64,000 nt of DNA, taken from NCBI RefSeq assembly GCF_009914755.1, contig NC_060925.1; one strand, 5' to 3'. This document shows, piece after piece, positions 17,231 to 55,849 of the stretch (the stretch's first letter is position 1; each line of letters opens with the position of its first letter). The notes under the pieces were generated by a model. It was not told the origin of the DNA and did no database searches. It saw only the letters and a list, made by a program, of their open reading frames with translations. Origin of the DNA: the human T2T-CHM13v2.0 reference genome, Homo sapiens. The translations under genes were made by a program, and so were the position numbers.

Positions 17231-19139
17231 GTTAAAAAATAAATTACCTTGAGTTGACCTGGCGCCTTGAGTTTAACTCTATCATTATCAATTCAGTTTG
17301 TTTTGGGTTTGGAGGTTAACCCTCCAATGTGTAGAACTTCATATTTGCATTATTTTTGGCCTATAACTTTCGAGTGACTGAGACTTCAAGATGTGCATTA
17401 TGGCTTAAGTCGTCTTATACATCTGCAACAGCAGATGTATACACAACCCACTCAAAATTTGTGTGTGCAGTAATATTTCATTTGGGACATATTGTTTGTA
17501 AACTGATGCTATTTAAATTACTTGCAGCATAATCTCAACACATGTAAAAATACTTTTACACTTGTAGGATATTGTTTTATAATACAAATTCTTGTGTACA
17601 AACTCCATTAACATTTTATTTATGTACAGATCATTATTACCAGTTTTTGTTTCCCAGTTGAGAGTGGGGAGGGCAGATGGGCTCAGAATCTTTGCATGTG
17701 CCAGCATCCTGCAGTCTCAAACTTTTCCATTCAAAGCAAATACCTGTGCCAATATCTGTGTCACTTCCAACAAGAATGAATGCTGCCTAAGTGCTCTCCA
17801 CACATTTGCAAAATGACATCAGGCCCCCCAGGTCTTCCAAGAACCAAAGGAAAAGTTCCACAAAAGTGAATCCTGCCATACAAACAGTCCCAGCACTTTC
17901 CAGCTCCTTTTTCGTTCCAGATTCAAAGGTCTGGCACCAGGATGAGCTGAAGTGTAAGGCATCCACCACTCTCCCCCTGCTCCTACTCCCATCCCACCCA
18001 AAGCCTTGTCTAGAGAAAGCTCCTCCCAGCCTCAGGCCCAGGAATGGGAATCTCTGTGGGTCACACATCAGTAGGGAGGTCTTTCCCGATCCTTTTCTAT
18101 GCTACTCCAGGAGTCAAAGCGTCTCCTGGGACTTTTCAGGGCGCTTCAGAAGAGCCCTGGGCCTAAACCAGCTCAACCAAGCTGCAGGGACCCAGCCTCC
18201 TGAGAAAAGTGAATGTGAGCCCGGTGCATTCAGAGGAGAATGAAGCCTTCACCCAGAACACACTCTGGGAAGATGTCCCAGGCCCAGGGGGAGGGTTTGT
18301 ACTACCAGACCTAAGTCACCTAAACTGACACCAAGTCTCATCCATCCCAACCATTCCATTCCGGGTCAGAGGGGTCATCGATTTAACCAGCAAGGCTGCC
18401 CATCCAACGGTTGCTCCCTCTGCTCCCTGGAAGGGCCTCCTCGTGGGCGTTCTGTACCTACAGGTCTTGTTCCGTTCTGGGAACTGCCAGTGGTGGCAAG
18501 AGGTGGAGCAACGGGTGCCAGGGCAGGGAGAGGTGAGTCTGGGAGGGAAGCAGAGGCAAGATCCATGGGGCTTTAGAGACTTTGCCAAAGCAGTGCGACT
18601 GCTCCCAGGTTGTTGTCAGCCGTCAAGAGTGAGTGCACCTCCCTGGGCAGACTTCTGCTGCCCCAGTGCCCAGGAATAGGCAGGGGTTTGCCGCAAAATG
18701 AATGACACCTGGCAGACAATAAGCTGAAGCTTTCATTAGCAGCTTAAGCTGAGGACTATCTATGCAACCGATACTCCCTGTGTGCTCCCCGGGACTGCTT
18801 AATGTGAGCCCTTGTGGAGCGATTGGCACCAAGAAAGCAAGGACTAAGTCAGAAGTTCAAGTCCCAGCCTTGCCACAGCCTCAGGGTGCCCTCGAGCACA
18901 GCAAGCCTCAGTTTTCCCATCTGTACAATGAGAGAGGTACACAAGGTAGACTCGAAGGCTCTTTGTTGCCAGGGCCCTGTGTTCCTTTGAGTGTATGTGC
19001 TTCTCAGGCCCACAGAGGTCCTTTGTGTTTCGTATGTGAACTGCTCTCTAGGAAACCCATGTAACTGTCTGTGTCCTGGGGCACATACATGAGGACTCAT
19101 GTGGGCCGTATTGTGTGTTTGTGCCGGGGGGAGGGGAGA

Positions 19140-19567
19140 CCCCAGAACAATGTCCCCCACCCCACCCCCCTCCTCAATAGGCGGAAGCCACTGGCTTCCT
19201 CCCTTTCCTGCCTCCTGCCTCCTTTGTGCCAGCAAGACTGAGTACTGGAGGGAGACAGGGGATGGGAAAAATCAGTCCAGCTGTCCCCAGGTCTGCCCTT
19301 ACCATAACCTTCCCCCCACCTCAAGTGACTCCTCCCAGGCCACACCCATCCCCAGCCTTGTGGGGGCCAGATTGGGGGGCCTAGAGGCTCAAAGGCAGAA
19401 TGAGTCCTCCCACCCCCTACCCTGCCACCCCTCCCACCCAAGCCACCTCATTTCCTCTTCCTCCCCAGCACCGACCCACACTGACCAACACAGGCTGAGC
19501 AGTCAGGCCCACAGCATCTGACCCCAGGCCCAGCTCGTCCTGGCTGGCCTGGGTCGGCCTCTGGAGT
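19140..19567 (+). promoter_or_regulatory. TIE1: TIE1 TATA-less endothelial promoter and 5'UTR
   Basis: clustered ETS cores (GGAA/TTCC at 19183, 19196, 19205, 19452, 19458), SOX-type AACAAT at 19146, C-rich CACCC boxes, directly upstream of the ATG. Confidence 0.75.
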
Positions 19568-41271
<21,704 letters not shown>

Positions 41272-41634
41272 GCTGCCATCCAGCCAGAACGTGGCTCTGC
41301 TGGCCGGAGCAAACTCTGCTGTCTAACCTGTGACCAGTCTGACCCTTACAGCCTCTGACTTAAGCTGCCTCAAGGAATTTTTTTAACTTAAGGGAGAAAA
41401 AAAGGGATCTGGGGATGGGGTGGGCTTAGGGGAACTGGGTTCCCATGCTTTGTAGGTGTCTCATAGCTATCCTGGGCATCCTTCTTTCTAGTTCAGCTGC
41501 CCCACAGGTGTGTTTCCCATCCCACTGCTCCCCCAACACAAACCCCCACTCCAGCTCCTTCGCTTAAGCCAGCACTCACACCACTAACATGCCCTGTTCA
41601 GCTACTCCCACTCCCGGCCTGTCATTCAGAAAAA

Positions 41635-41640
41635 AATAAA
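41635..41640 (+). terminator. TIE1: TIE1 polyadenylation signal
   Basis: AATAAA about 365 nt after the stop, followed by a T/GT-rich tract. Confidence 0.85.
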
Positions 41641-41728
41641 TGTTCTAATAAGCTCCATTCAATGTCTACCTTTTACTGCTGGTCAATCTTGGGGTGAGGG
41701 GCGTAGTTAAACCCAAGAGACAGAAACT

Positions 41729-42230
<502 letters not shown>

Positions 42231-44892
42231 CTAGGTAGCAGCCAGCCTAGGATTCTTTGTTCTGTCCAAATAGTCCATGCCAGGATCATCTATAGCCAGC
42301 CTCAACTCTGCCTGGCATCTCAGCGCCAGACGGATCCTGGCCTGTCTAGAGTTTCCTTAGGTGCCTTCTTCTTTACCTTATGCCTCCAGGCAGCCTTCCC
42401 TGGCTTGGTAGCCACTTCACTGCCCAATGTATGAGCCCAAAAGGAGGAGGGCAGAGGCCACTCCCAACTTCAGCCAGCCAAGGTAGGATTCCTTTGCCAT
42501 CTTCAGGGCCTCATAGTGCTGTGAGAGGTGCTTCTCTCCTGGTCCTGAAAGTGAGTCCCACACTACTCCATGCTGTGCAGCCTCTGGACTTGCCTACTGT
42601 TTGGATTGCTCATGGCTGGCCTTAGATTTCTCTCCTATTGGTCCTTAAGAAACAAGATTGATTGTGTTTTACACATTTTTTCAGTGAATCAGAAGACATC
42701 AAAGAAGGCATAACATGGTGTGGCACTGTGATGAAGAGCACAGGTTCTAGGATCACACCAACCTGTGTTCAAGTCCCTGCTATGTCACTTATCATCTGTG
42801 TGGCCTTGGTCAAGTCTCTGAGCTTCAGTTTTCTCATCTAATTAATGGAGTTAGTAACAGCTACCTCGTTGTTTGTGTTAAATGAGACCACACAGGCCCA
42901 TCTTTCACAGCACTGGGCCTGGGCCATAGTAAGTACACAGTGTCAGCTGATATCATTATATACAAATGCAGGAAGCTGCAGGGAGGTAATGATTAGGATC
43001 TGTATTCTGAAAATACTTGGATGGTTGGAGGAGGATGAATTTAAATGGGAGGCTACGTAGGATGAGGGAGATGGGAACTGCTAGAATAAAACTTCATTTC
43101 AGATCCACATTCACTGCAGGGATTTTGCCAGGTCCAGGCTGTGGAGATTAAACCATTGTCTTTGATGGAGACCAATATGTAAACAAGGATGCCTCTGTGA
43201 AGTGACAGCTATGTTAACAAGCAACAAAATACAGCGGTGTATGCTCTAAGAGAGCGGGGGAAGCTGGGGAAGGCTTAAACAGGAACTGGAGTCAGAACAG
43301 TTTCCCAGAGAAAGTGATGTTTTAATCTGGACCATGAAGAGGAAGCAGGGTTTCACCAAAGGAAGAGACCCTGGCACAGGAAACAACACCTGTGATATGT
43401 GGCATGTTCAGGAGCTGCAAATAGTTCTCTGTGGCTGGAGCAAAGGGAAAACAGGGTAATGAACCCAGAGAGGTGACGGATGCCAGGCTATGCTGAGCCT
43501 TATAGGATATGAATCTTTATCCTAAGAGCAGAGGAGCCACAGAAGAGCTATAAGCAGGGGTGAGTCATAATGAGATTTGCATTTTTTTAAAGTCACTCTG
43601 GCTACCCTGTGGAGAACAGATTATATAGGAAAAACAGTAAAGGTGAGGAGCATGGCTATAAATTAGAAACCTTAGATGAGATGAATAAATTCCTAAAAAT
43701 ACACAAACTACTGAAACTGACTCCAGAAGGAATTCACCAATCTAAATAGACTTAAACAAAAAAAGAGATTGAATTAGTAATAATAATTAAAAAAAAAAAA
43801 AACACCCACAAAGAAAAAGCCCAGGCCCAAATGCTTCAATGGTGAATTTTACCAAACATTTAAAGAATAAATACAAAAACTCTATACAAACTTTTCCAAA
43901 CAATAAAAAACGAGAGAAGGCTTCCCAATTTATTCTGTGAGGCCAGTATTACCCTGATACCCAGAACAGACAAAGATTGCACAAGAAAAGAAAACTACAG
44001 ACCAATATCTCTTATGAATATGGATGCAAAAATTCTCAACAAAACACTAGTAGGAAGAATCCAGAAACATAAAAAAAAGATTATACATCATAATAAAGTG
44101 GAATTTATCCCAAGAATGCAAGGTTGGTTTAACATCTGAAAATCCATACACTATATCAATAGACTAAAAAACAAAAACTACATGATCATTTCAGCAGACA
44201 CAGAAAAAGCATCTGACAAAATATAACACCCTTTGTGATTTAAAAAAAAAAAGCTTTAACAAACTGCAAATGGAATCTTTGTTAATCTGATAAAAGATGT
44301 TTACCAAAAAAAATACAGTTAGCATCATATTTAATAGTAAAAGACTGAATGCTTTCTCCCTAACATCAGGAATAAGACAAGGATACGTGCTCTCCTCACT
44401 TTTATTCAACATCATACTGGAGGTCCTAGCCAGAACAGTTGAGCAAGAAAAAGAAAGAAACAACATCCAGACTGGAAAGGAAGAAATAAAACTCTATTTG
44501 CAGATAACATGATAGTATATATAGAAAATCCTAAGGAATCCACTAAAAAACTAATAAATGAGTTCAGAACAGTTGCAAGATACAAGATCAAAATGAAAAA
44601 AGCAATTTTCTTCTATATACTTGTAATAATCTAAAAATGAAAATAAAACAATTCCATTTATGATTGCCTTAAAGAGAATAAATAAAATTATCAAAGACTT
44701 ATACTCTGAAAACTATAAAACATCATTGAAAGAAATTAAAAATCTAAATAAACAGAAAATGAAGCATCTCATGTCCATGAATTGGAAGGCTTAATATTGG
44801 TAAGATGATAATACTTCCCAAATTGGTCTATAGATTCAATGCAGTCCCTATCAGAATCTCAGCTGGCTTCTTTGTAGAAATTGGCAAACATT

Positions 44893-45493
<601 letters not shown>

Positions 45494-46670
45494 GAAATTG
45501 GCAAACATTTTTAATTCATATGGCATTGCAAGAGACCCAGCCAAAATAGCCAAAACAATCTTGAAACAGAGGAATGAAGTTGGAGGACTCACATTGCCAG
45601 ATTTCAAAAGTTACTACAAAGCAACAAAAATCAAGACGGTGTGGTACTGGCATAAGGAGAGACATATGAGATCAATCAAACAGAACTGAGAATCCAGTAT
45701 GGTCAACTGATTTTCAACAGAGGCGCCAAGGCCATTTAATGGGGAAAGAATAGTCTTCAACAAATGGTGCTGGGACAATTGGATAGCCACATGCAAAAGA
45801 ATGAATTTGGACTCCTACCCAAACACCACATACAAAAATTAACTCAAAGTGGGTCAAATACCTAAATATTAGAACCAAAATTATAAAGCCCTTAAAGAAA
45901 GCATAGAAGTAAATCATAATTACCTCAGATTTGGCAGTGGATTTTTAGATATGACAGCAAAGATATGGGTAACAAAATCAAAAATACATAAGTTAGAATT
46001 CATCAAAATTGAAAACTTTTGTGCATCAAAGGACACTATCAGGAAGGTGAAAACCACAGAATAGAAGAAAACACTTGCAAGTCACATATCCTATAAGAGA
46101 CTTGTATCTAGAATATATTAATACAAAGAAGTCTTATAACTCAATAGTAAAGTGACAGATAACCCAGTATCTTTTAATGGACAAAGGCTCTGAATAGACA
46201 TTTCTCCAAAGAAGATAAACAAATGGCCAATAAGCACATGAAAAGATGTTCAACAGGATGAGTCATCAGGAAATGCAAATCAAAACCAGTGTGAGATACT
46301 ACTTCATACACACTAAGATGGCTATAATCAAAAACATAACAAGTGTTGGCAAGGAAGAAAATGAACCATCATACACTGTTGGTGGGAATGTAGAATTGTG
46401 CAGCCTCTTTGGAAACCAGTCTGGCAGTTCCTTAAACATGTGGAAACTCTACACATAAAGTTCTCAGAAGACCCAGAAATTCCACTCTTAGGCATATATA
46501 CCAAGAGAAATGAGAACGTATGTGCACACATATATGGATGTTTATAGCAATATTATTCATAATAGCCAAAAAGTAGAAACAACTCAAATGTCCATCATCT
46601 GATGAATGGATAAATGGTATGTGGTATATCCATACAGTGGAATATTATTCAGCCAAGAAAAGGGAATGAA

Positions 46671-46962
46671 GGCTGGGCATGATGGCTTGTTCCTGTAACC
46701 CCAGCACTTTAGGAGGCTGAGGCAGGCAGATCACTTATGCCCAGGAGGTCAAGACCAGCCTGAGCAACATGGCAAAACCCTGTCTCTACAAAAAATACAA
46801 AAATTTGCCAGGAGTTGTGGTGCATGCCTGTAGTCCCAGCTACTCGGGAAGCTCAGGTGAGTGGATCACCTGAGCCTGGGAGGTCAAGGCTGCAGTGAGC
46901 TGTGATCGTGCCACTGTACTCCAGCCTAGGCAATGGAGTGAGACCCAGTCTCAAAAAAACAA
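46671..46962 (+). mobile_element. Alu (AluJ-like)
   Basis: diverged Alu inside the L1. Confidence 0.92.
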
Positions 46963-47334
46963 AGAGTTGGGGGTGGTGAATGAAATACTAATGCATGCTA
47001 TATTGTAAATGAACATTGAAAATACCATGCTAAGTGAAAGAAGCCAGTCACAAAAGACAACATATGGTAGTCATATTCCATTTATATGAAATTTCCATAC
47101 TAGGCAAATCTATAGAGGTAGAAAGTAGATTAGTGGTTGCTTAGGACTAGAAGGAAGTTGGGGAGATATGAGGATGAGTGTAAAAGGTACAGGATTTCTT
47201 TTTGAGGTGATAAAAATGATCTAAATTTGACTGTGGTTGCACATATCTGTGAATATACTAAAAACCACTGATTTGTACACTTTACATGGGTGAGTTGTAT
47301 GGTGTGTGAATTATATTTCAATAAAGCTGGGTTG

Positions 47335-47653
47335 TTTTTTGTCTGTTTGTTCATTTGTTTTTTTGAGATGGAGTCTTGCTTTGTCACCCAGGCTGGAGTG
47401 AGTGCAGTGGCGTGATCTTGGCTCACTGCAAGCTCTGCCTCCTGGGTTCACACCATTCTGCCTCAGCCTCCCAAGTAGCTGGGACTTCAGGCGCCCACCA
47501 CCACGCCCGGCTAATTTTTTATTTTTATTTTTTTTAGTAGAGACAGGGTTTCACCGTGTTAGCTAGGATGGTCTTGATCTCCTGACCTCGTGATCTGCCC
47601 ACCTCGGCCTCCCAAAGTGCTGGGATTACAGGTATGAGCCACTGCGCCTGGCC
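47335..47653 (-). mobile_element. Alu (AluY-like)
   Basis: Alu consensus. Confidence 0.94.
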
Positions 47654-48040
47654 AAGCCGGGTATTTTTTTTAAGTGAAGGCAAGGAGATCAGTGAAAGAC
47701 CACTATATATAGTAGTGTGGGTGAAATGATGGTGTGGTGGTAGCAAACTGGAAGAAATAACTGAAGAAAGAATAGACAGGGGTTGAATACGGGACTGAAA
47801 GAAGAGTCTAGGATCACTGCCAAGCTTCTGTTCATATGATGGGTGGGTGGTGATACCAGTCACTAAAAGAATAAAAACAGCTAATATTTACATAGTACTT
47901 AATTACCCGGCACCATTCCAAGCATTTTGCATGTATTAATTCATTCAGTCTTCAACAATCCTATTAGTAGGTACCATTATTATTGTCATTTTACAGAGAA
48001 CAGGACCAGAGAGGCTAGTAACTTGGCTAAAATCTGATAG

Positions 48041-48364
<324 letters not shown>

Positions 48365-49394
48365 AAGAGCTGACATTTAAACCTGGATATTCTGGCTCCA
48401 GAGTCCCTCTCTTAGCCACAGTACTATGCCGCTTCTCTGGCAGTAGAAAGGGCCAGATTTGGGTATAGTACACTTCCAAATTCACCACAAATATATCAAT
48501 CACACACCACATTCCAGGTTGTGGGCCCCAAAGATATCCTGCCCCAACAGAAGGTCTCCCCATTCCCACTGTAGCACTGAAGACCCAGAACCCCAATACA
48601 AGCAAGTCAGCAAACTGCAGGTCCAGAGCACAGTCCTAAATGCTCAGCCTCGTCTGCCTGCACCTGTTCCAGCCTCAGTTCTCACAGCTTCACTCAACAG
48701 CCATATTCTCACAGGAGATGGCCTGGGTTGGGTGGGGCTTGGAGCAAAAGACCAGCCCAGCAGCACAAACTTGTTTCCAGGGATAGAATGGAAAAGGCCA
48801 GAGGAAAAGCCTCATTAGGAGGCAGCTGGGAAAGGCGAACCCAGTGAGTACTTCATCCGAGGAACCTCCCTACAACCCGTCCTGGCCACAAAAACAGAAC
48901 TCCCACCAGTTGGCCCTGAGTCATTCATTCCCCTCCCGCCCCCAGGGAAGGGGTGATTTCCTGCAGGCAGCTCAGGCTCCTCCCAGGGGCTGTGCATCCT
49001 CTTATCTCACCCAAGGCCCTCTCCTAGGGCAGGGCAGGCAAACCAGAAGCTGGCTGCAGTGGGGCTGTCCTTGTATTTCCTCAGCGGGCCTTGGATTCTG
49101 GGGTCAGGGAGAGACCCAGCAGCTTAAGGACCACTCAGGAGCCAGGATGTCTCATGAAGAGCAGAGGACAGAGGGCTGACCAAACTGGGTTCTCTGCAGC
49201 TCTCTCCCTTGGGGTTACTACTGGGCAACTACTGGTCCTGTTTCCATTTACTTGAGTTAAACCTCTCCAGATGCCTGTTTTGAACTCAGACTCATCCAGC
49301 TCAAGACTCACACCATGCCCTGTGCCAGGCTTATAATGTTAAATGAGTGAATAAAATGGAGGAAACAGCCATAACATGCTCCTAGTCAGAGGTA

Positions 49395-49608
49395 TCTGTG
49401 CAGTAGTTAAAAGAACAGGCTTTAGAGTCAAACAGACCTGAATCCAAATCTCAGCTCCATCCTTTGATAGTGACTTTGAACTCACTGACTCCTTCTAAGC
49501 CTCAGCTTTCTCTTCTGTGAAGTAAGGACAAAGGCACCTAACAGGGTGGTTGTATGATGAAATGAGACAATGCATTCCCACAGTGCTGGCAAACAGCAAG
49601 TGCTCCTC
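49395..49608 (+). mobile_element. MIR
   Basis: ggctttagagtcaaacagacctg...cctcagc. Confidence 0.7.
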
Positions 49609-49717
49609 ACTGCTAGGTGGCAGGATCCTGGCAAGAGAGGGAGTTAGGGAGGAGGGGGCAGGCCCACTCCCACCCAGCGCCTACCCCAGGAGGAGGGCCT
49701 TAAGATGGCAGTCCCCG

Positions 49718-50045
<328 letters not shown>

Positions 50046-51103
50046 TTATGTAGCTAGAGTGGGGGCACAGCATGTCATTTTATACATAAGAACCCCCCAA
50101 CAGAGGCTCAAGTTTCTGCGGGAACTCAAAGGAAGAAAGGTTATGTGTGTGCACCCAAATGACTTCAAGGGGTGCCCTTTGGGGTCACCCTTTTGATTTG
50201 TGTCTAATTATTATGGCTCAGTTCCTATTCCACATCCTTTGGGAGGTACATGCCTTCCTGTGTTTCTACCAGGACTCTCCAAGGGTTTCCATCCGACAGG
50301 TGTCGTTACCTCTTTTCCTTTGTTCCGAAAGCACCATGAATGGAGGGTTTTGTGTACAGTACACTTTACTGGATGTCTGGGCATGCTGTAGGGAAGCCAA
50401 GCACTCACAGAATAGGGAGCATACTGAGGATTTGGCATCATCATTCTGGAATTCTCCTCAGACAGTCCTACCTGGAATTTCTCACTGGTTGACCTTTCTT
50501 CTCCTCAGGTGGCCATCTTTCACTTACCGGCCCTCCTCCGTTTTCTCTGGAGTTACCACAGGACATTCTAAAATTCCCATCCATTTCATTTCCCCCAAAC
50601 TCAGCTCTCTAATGCTTCCTATCAAGGCCATGCCCAAAGGCCCATCCAGTTTGTTTCTGATCACAAAAGAGCTACAGGGCCTCTAAAAGGAATGTGAAAT
50701 TGTATTTCGCTTTTTTAATTAGCCTTTTCCCCCAGTTGCATATAGTTGGGGGGATAAGAAAAGACTCCCAAGAAATAGTGACTTAGGGGCAGGCAGAATC
50801 ACAAAGGAAGTTCCAACAGGCTAAGTGGGGAGGGTCTGTGCCTGGGGAAGCAATGGGAACAAGGCCCTGTGCCTAGAAAGGGGATTGGGTATGGGGACTA
50901 GTGAATGGAGCATCCTGAGGGGGAGATTCCAGCAATGGGGGTCTTGTGCTGCAGCACTGAGGGATGAGCCTTCCTCATCTTGTGGAGCTGCAGAAAGATT
51001 TCCAGCAGGAAGAAAATAAATAAAAGCACATTTGAACCTCAGAAAAAGCACTGAGTAAGGATATACCATTTGTCAACTATCAGAATGGCAAACTTAAAAC
51101 TTA

Positions 51104-51422
<319 letters not shown>

Positions 51423-51468
51423 GTTGACAAAGATGTGGGGGAAATACAGCACCCTAACACGCTGCTAA

Positions 51469-51821
<353 letters not shown>

Positions 51822-51964
51822 TAGAGAGACAACTAGCAATGTTGAGAAAGAGATGAAGCGATAGAGAATCCTAGTGCCTAAAGCTACCTGTCCCAAACTT
51901 TCTAACTGGAAAAAACTGTCAGTTGTTGGGAAATCTGAAAACATGGGGAGATAAAGGGCAAGTG

Positions 51965-52140
51965 CACAGGTACGGGCTCACGAGAGCCAAAAGCCAGTTA
52001 TCTTCCCAGCTCACTGCTTAGTGACATCATGTTAGTAGCTTGAAACAGGCCATGACGGAAGTATTTACACCACAAAAAGCAGCAAATGCTACCAAACAGA
52101 ACACCCTACCTCACCCCGGCCAGTTTGTCAGCACACTACA
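51965..52140 (+). mobile_element. MER63A-like hAT DNA transposon remnant
   Basis: ggctcacgagagcc...gtgacatcatgttagtagcttgaaa...gtatttacaccac...gcaaatgctac resembles the MER63 consensus (from recall). Confidence 0.65.
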
Positions 52141-52386
52141 GCCTGAGCCAATCCTCATCCAGCAACCTCTTGAGTTCTCTGAACAATCGCTACCCAGAGA
52201 TCAAGTACCAGTTTTATAAGCCAGGTCTTTGGCCTTACATCCCAAAAGGAAAGCCTAGGCCTGCTGAGCAGCACTGGACTTTCAAGAGCCTGCCGGACTC
52301 CTTCACCAAAGCAGGCAGACCTATATGGCCTCCTTTCTCCTAGATATCCCAGTTCCTGCTTGATTTTCTAAAGAAATCAAGGCCTG

Positions 52387-52692
<306 letters not shown>

Positions 52693-52899
52693 ATCAAGGC
52701 CTGGAGAAGACAGCTTTTTTCAGCTGTGTGGAAGCAAAAGAAAATGGGAAAATGACAGGGACAGAGAGTGGACCGCCTCCCATGCAGAAGCAGAAAGCCC
52801 CTGTCTCAACTCTCTTGACAGTCATACACAAGCCCCTTGCAGTCTCTGCACCTTTAACCGCTATTATACTGCCTCCCTGTAGAAGACACAGGACTTAGA

Positions 52900-54489
<1,590 letters not shown>

Positions 54490-54839
54490 CTAAAGACAAA
54501 TCTGAGTCAGGGACTGCTTGCAGAGAAATGGTGCCAGAGAAACTAAGACTTCACAGGAGAGCTGAAGGTGTTCCATCTCCTCCTTGATACTGAGGATACT
54601 TAGTCTGTACAGCCAGCAATGGGAGCCCTAGCTGAGGCCTGAGGGGCTAAAAATGGGAGTTGATGTGGCTATGCACCCTCCCCACAACTCACCTCCTGTC
54701 CCCACCTCCACCCACACAAGAGTCAAGCCTCCTAGAATTGGCATAAAATCCACATACAGAGCAGTCCCAGGAGGAGGCTTGGGGTTCAGTGACAGGAGAT
54801 GAGCACAGGCTGAAGAGCTGAGACCAGCCATCCACTGAA

Positions 54840-55143
54840 TTTTTTTTTTTTTTTTTTTTGAGACAGAGTCTTGCCCTGTCACCCAGGCTGGCGTACCGTG
54901 GTGCAATCTTGGGTCACTGCAACCTCTGCCCCCTGGGTTTAAGAGATTCTCATGCCTCAGCCTTCTGAGTCGCTGGGACTACAGGCAAGCACTACCACGC
55001 CTAGCTAATTTTTTTGTATTTTTAGTAGAGACAGGGTTTCACCATACTGGCCAGGCTGGTCTCAAACTCCTGACCTCAGATGATCCACCCAGCTCGGCCT
55101 CCCAAAGTGCTGGTATTATAGGTGTGAGCCACTGCACCCAGCC
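54840..55143 (-). mobile_element. Alu
   Basis: TSD CATCCACTGA. Confidence 0.95.
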
Positions 55144-55158
55144 CCATCCACTGATTCA

Positions 55159-55577
55159 GAGCAAACAGGATAAAAGTACTGAAGACCATTGCTTCTCCAA
55201 CTTTAAGTTACATTCAAACCATCTAGGGATTTTGGTAAAATGCAGGTTCTATTTTTGTAGGGGCCAGCTCCACAGGGTCAGTGGGTTTTTCTCCCTGTGT
55301 GCAAAGACGAGAGATCATAGAAATAAAGACACAAGACAAAGAGATAAAAGAAAAGACAGCTGGGTCCAGGGGACCACTACCACCAAGACGCGGAAACCAG
55401 TAGTGGCCCCGAATGCCAGGCTGCGCAGTTATTTATTGGATACAAGACAAGGGGGCAGGGTAAGGAGTGTGAGCCATCTCCAATCTGAGCAAACAGGATA
55501 AAAGTACTGAAGACCATTGCTTCTCCAACTTTAAGTTACATTCAAACCATCTGGGGATTTTGGCAAAATGCAGGTTC
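55159..55577. repeat. 91-bp direct duplication (55159-55249 and 55487-55577)
   Basis: 89 of 91 bases identical by manual alignment. Confidence 0.95.
55256..55484 (-). mobile_element. Truncated ERVK-class LTR (LTR13-like), 3' terminus intact
   Basis: tgtaggggccagc.ccacagggtc...agaaataaagacacaagacaaagag...tatttattggatacaa matches the reverse 3' end of LTR13 as I recall it; ends in ..TACA on the minus strand. Confidence 0.75.
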
Positions 55578-55680
55578 AACTTTAATAGGCCTGGGGTGGG
55601 GCCTAAGATTCTGCATTTCTAATAAGTGCCCACCTAATGCTGTTGCTCCTGGTCTACAGACCACATTTTGAGTAGCAAGG
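55515..55680. mobile_element. MER5A/MER5A1-type hAT-Charlie element
   Basis: ggcctggggtggggcct..gattctgcatttctaa...gaccacattttgagtagcaagg. Confidence 0.75.
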
Positions 55681-55849
55681 GATTAGAGGCAGCCGTGGAG
55701 GCCACCCATAATGGAGAGGGCATTTCCAGTTCCAGGGAGAATGTGTTTATTCATGCGCAAAGTCACAGAACTATTAAAGTGGAAATACCCACCATTTGGC
55801 ATGGTTGTGGGGCAGAGAGTTATTTCTCAGCAGATTAGCCTCCCAAGAG

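Noticed and set aside
50147-50686. 179-aa ORF in unique intergenic DNA
   Set aside because: No recognisable domain or promoter; roughly one ORF this long is expected by chance in 64 kb over six frames
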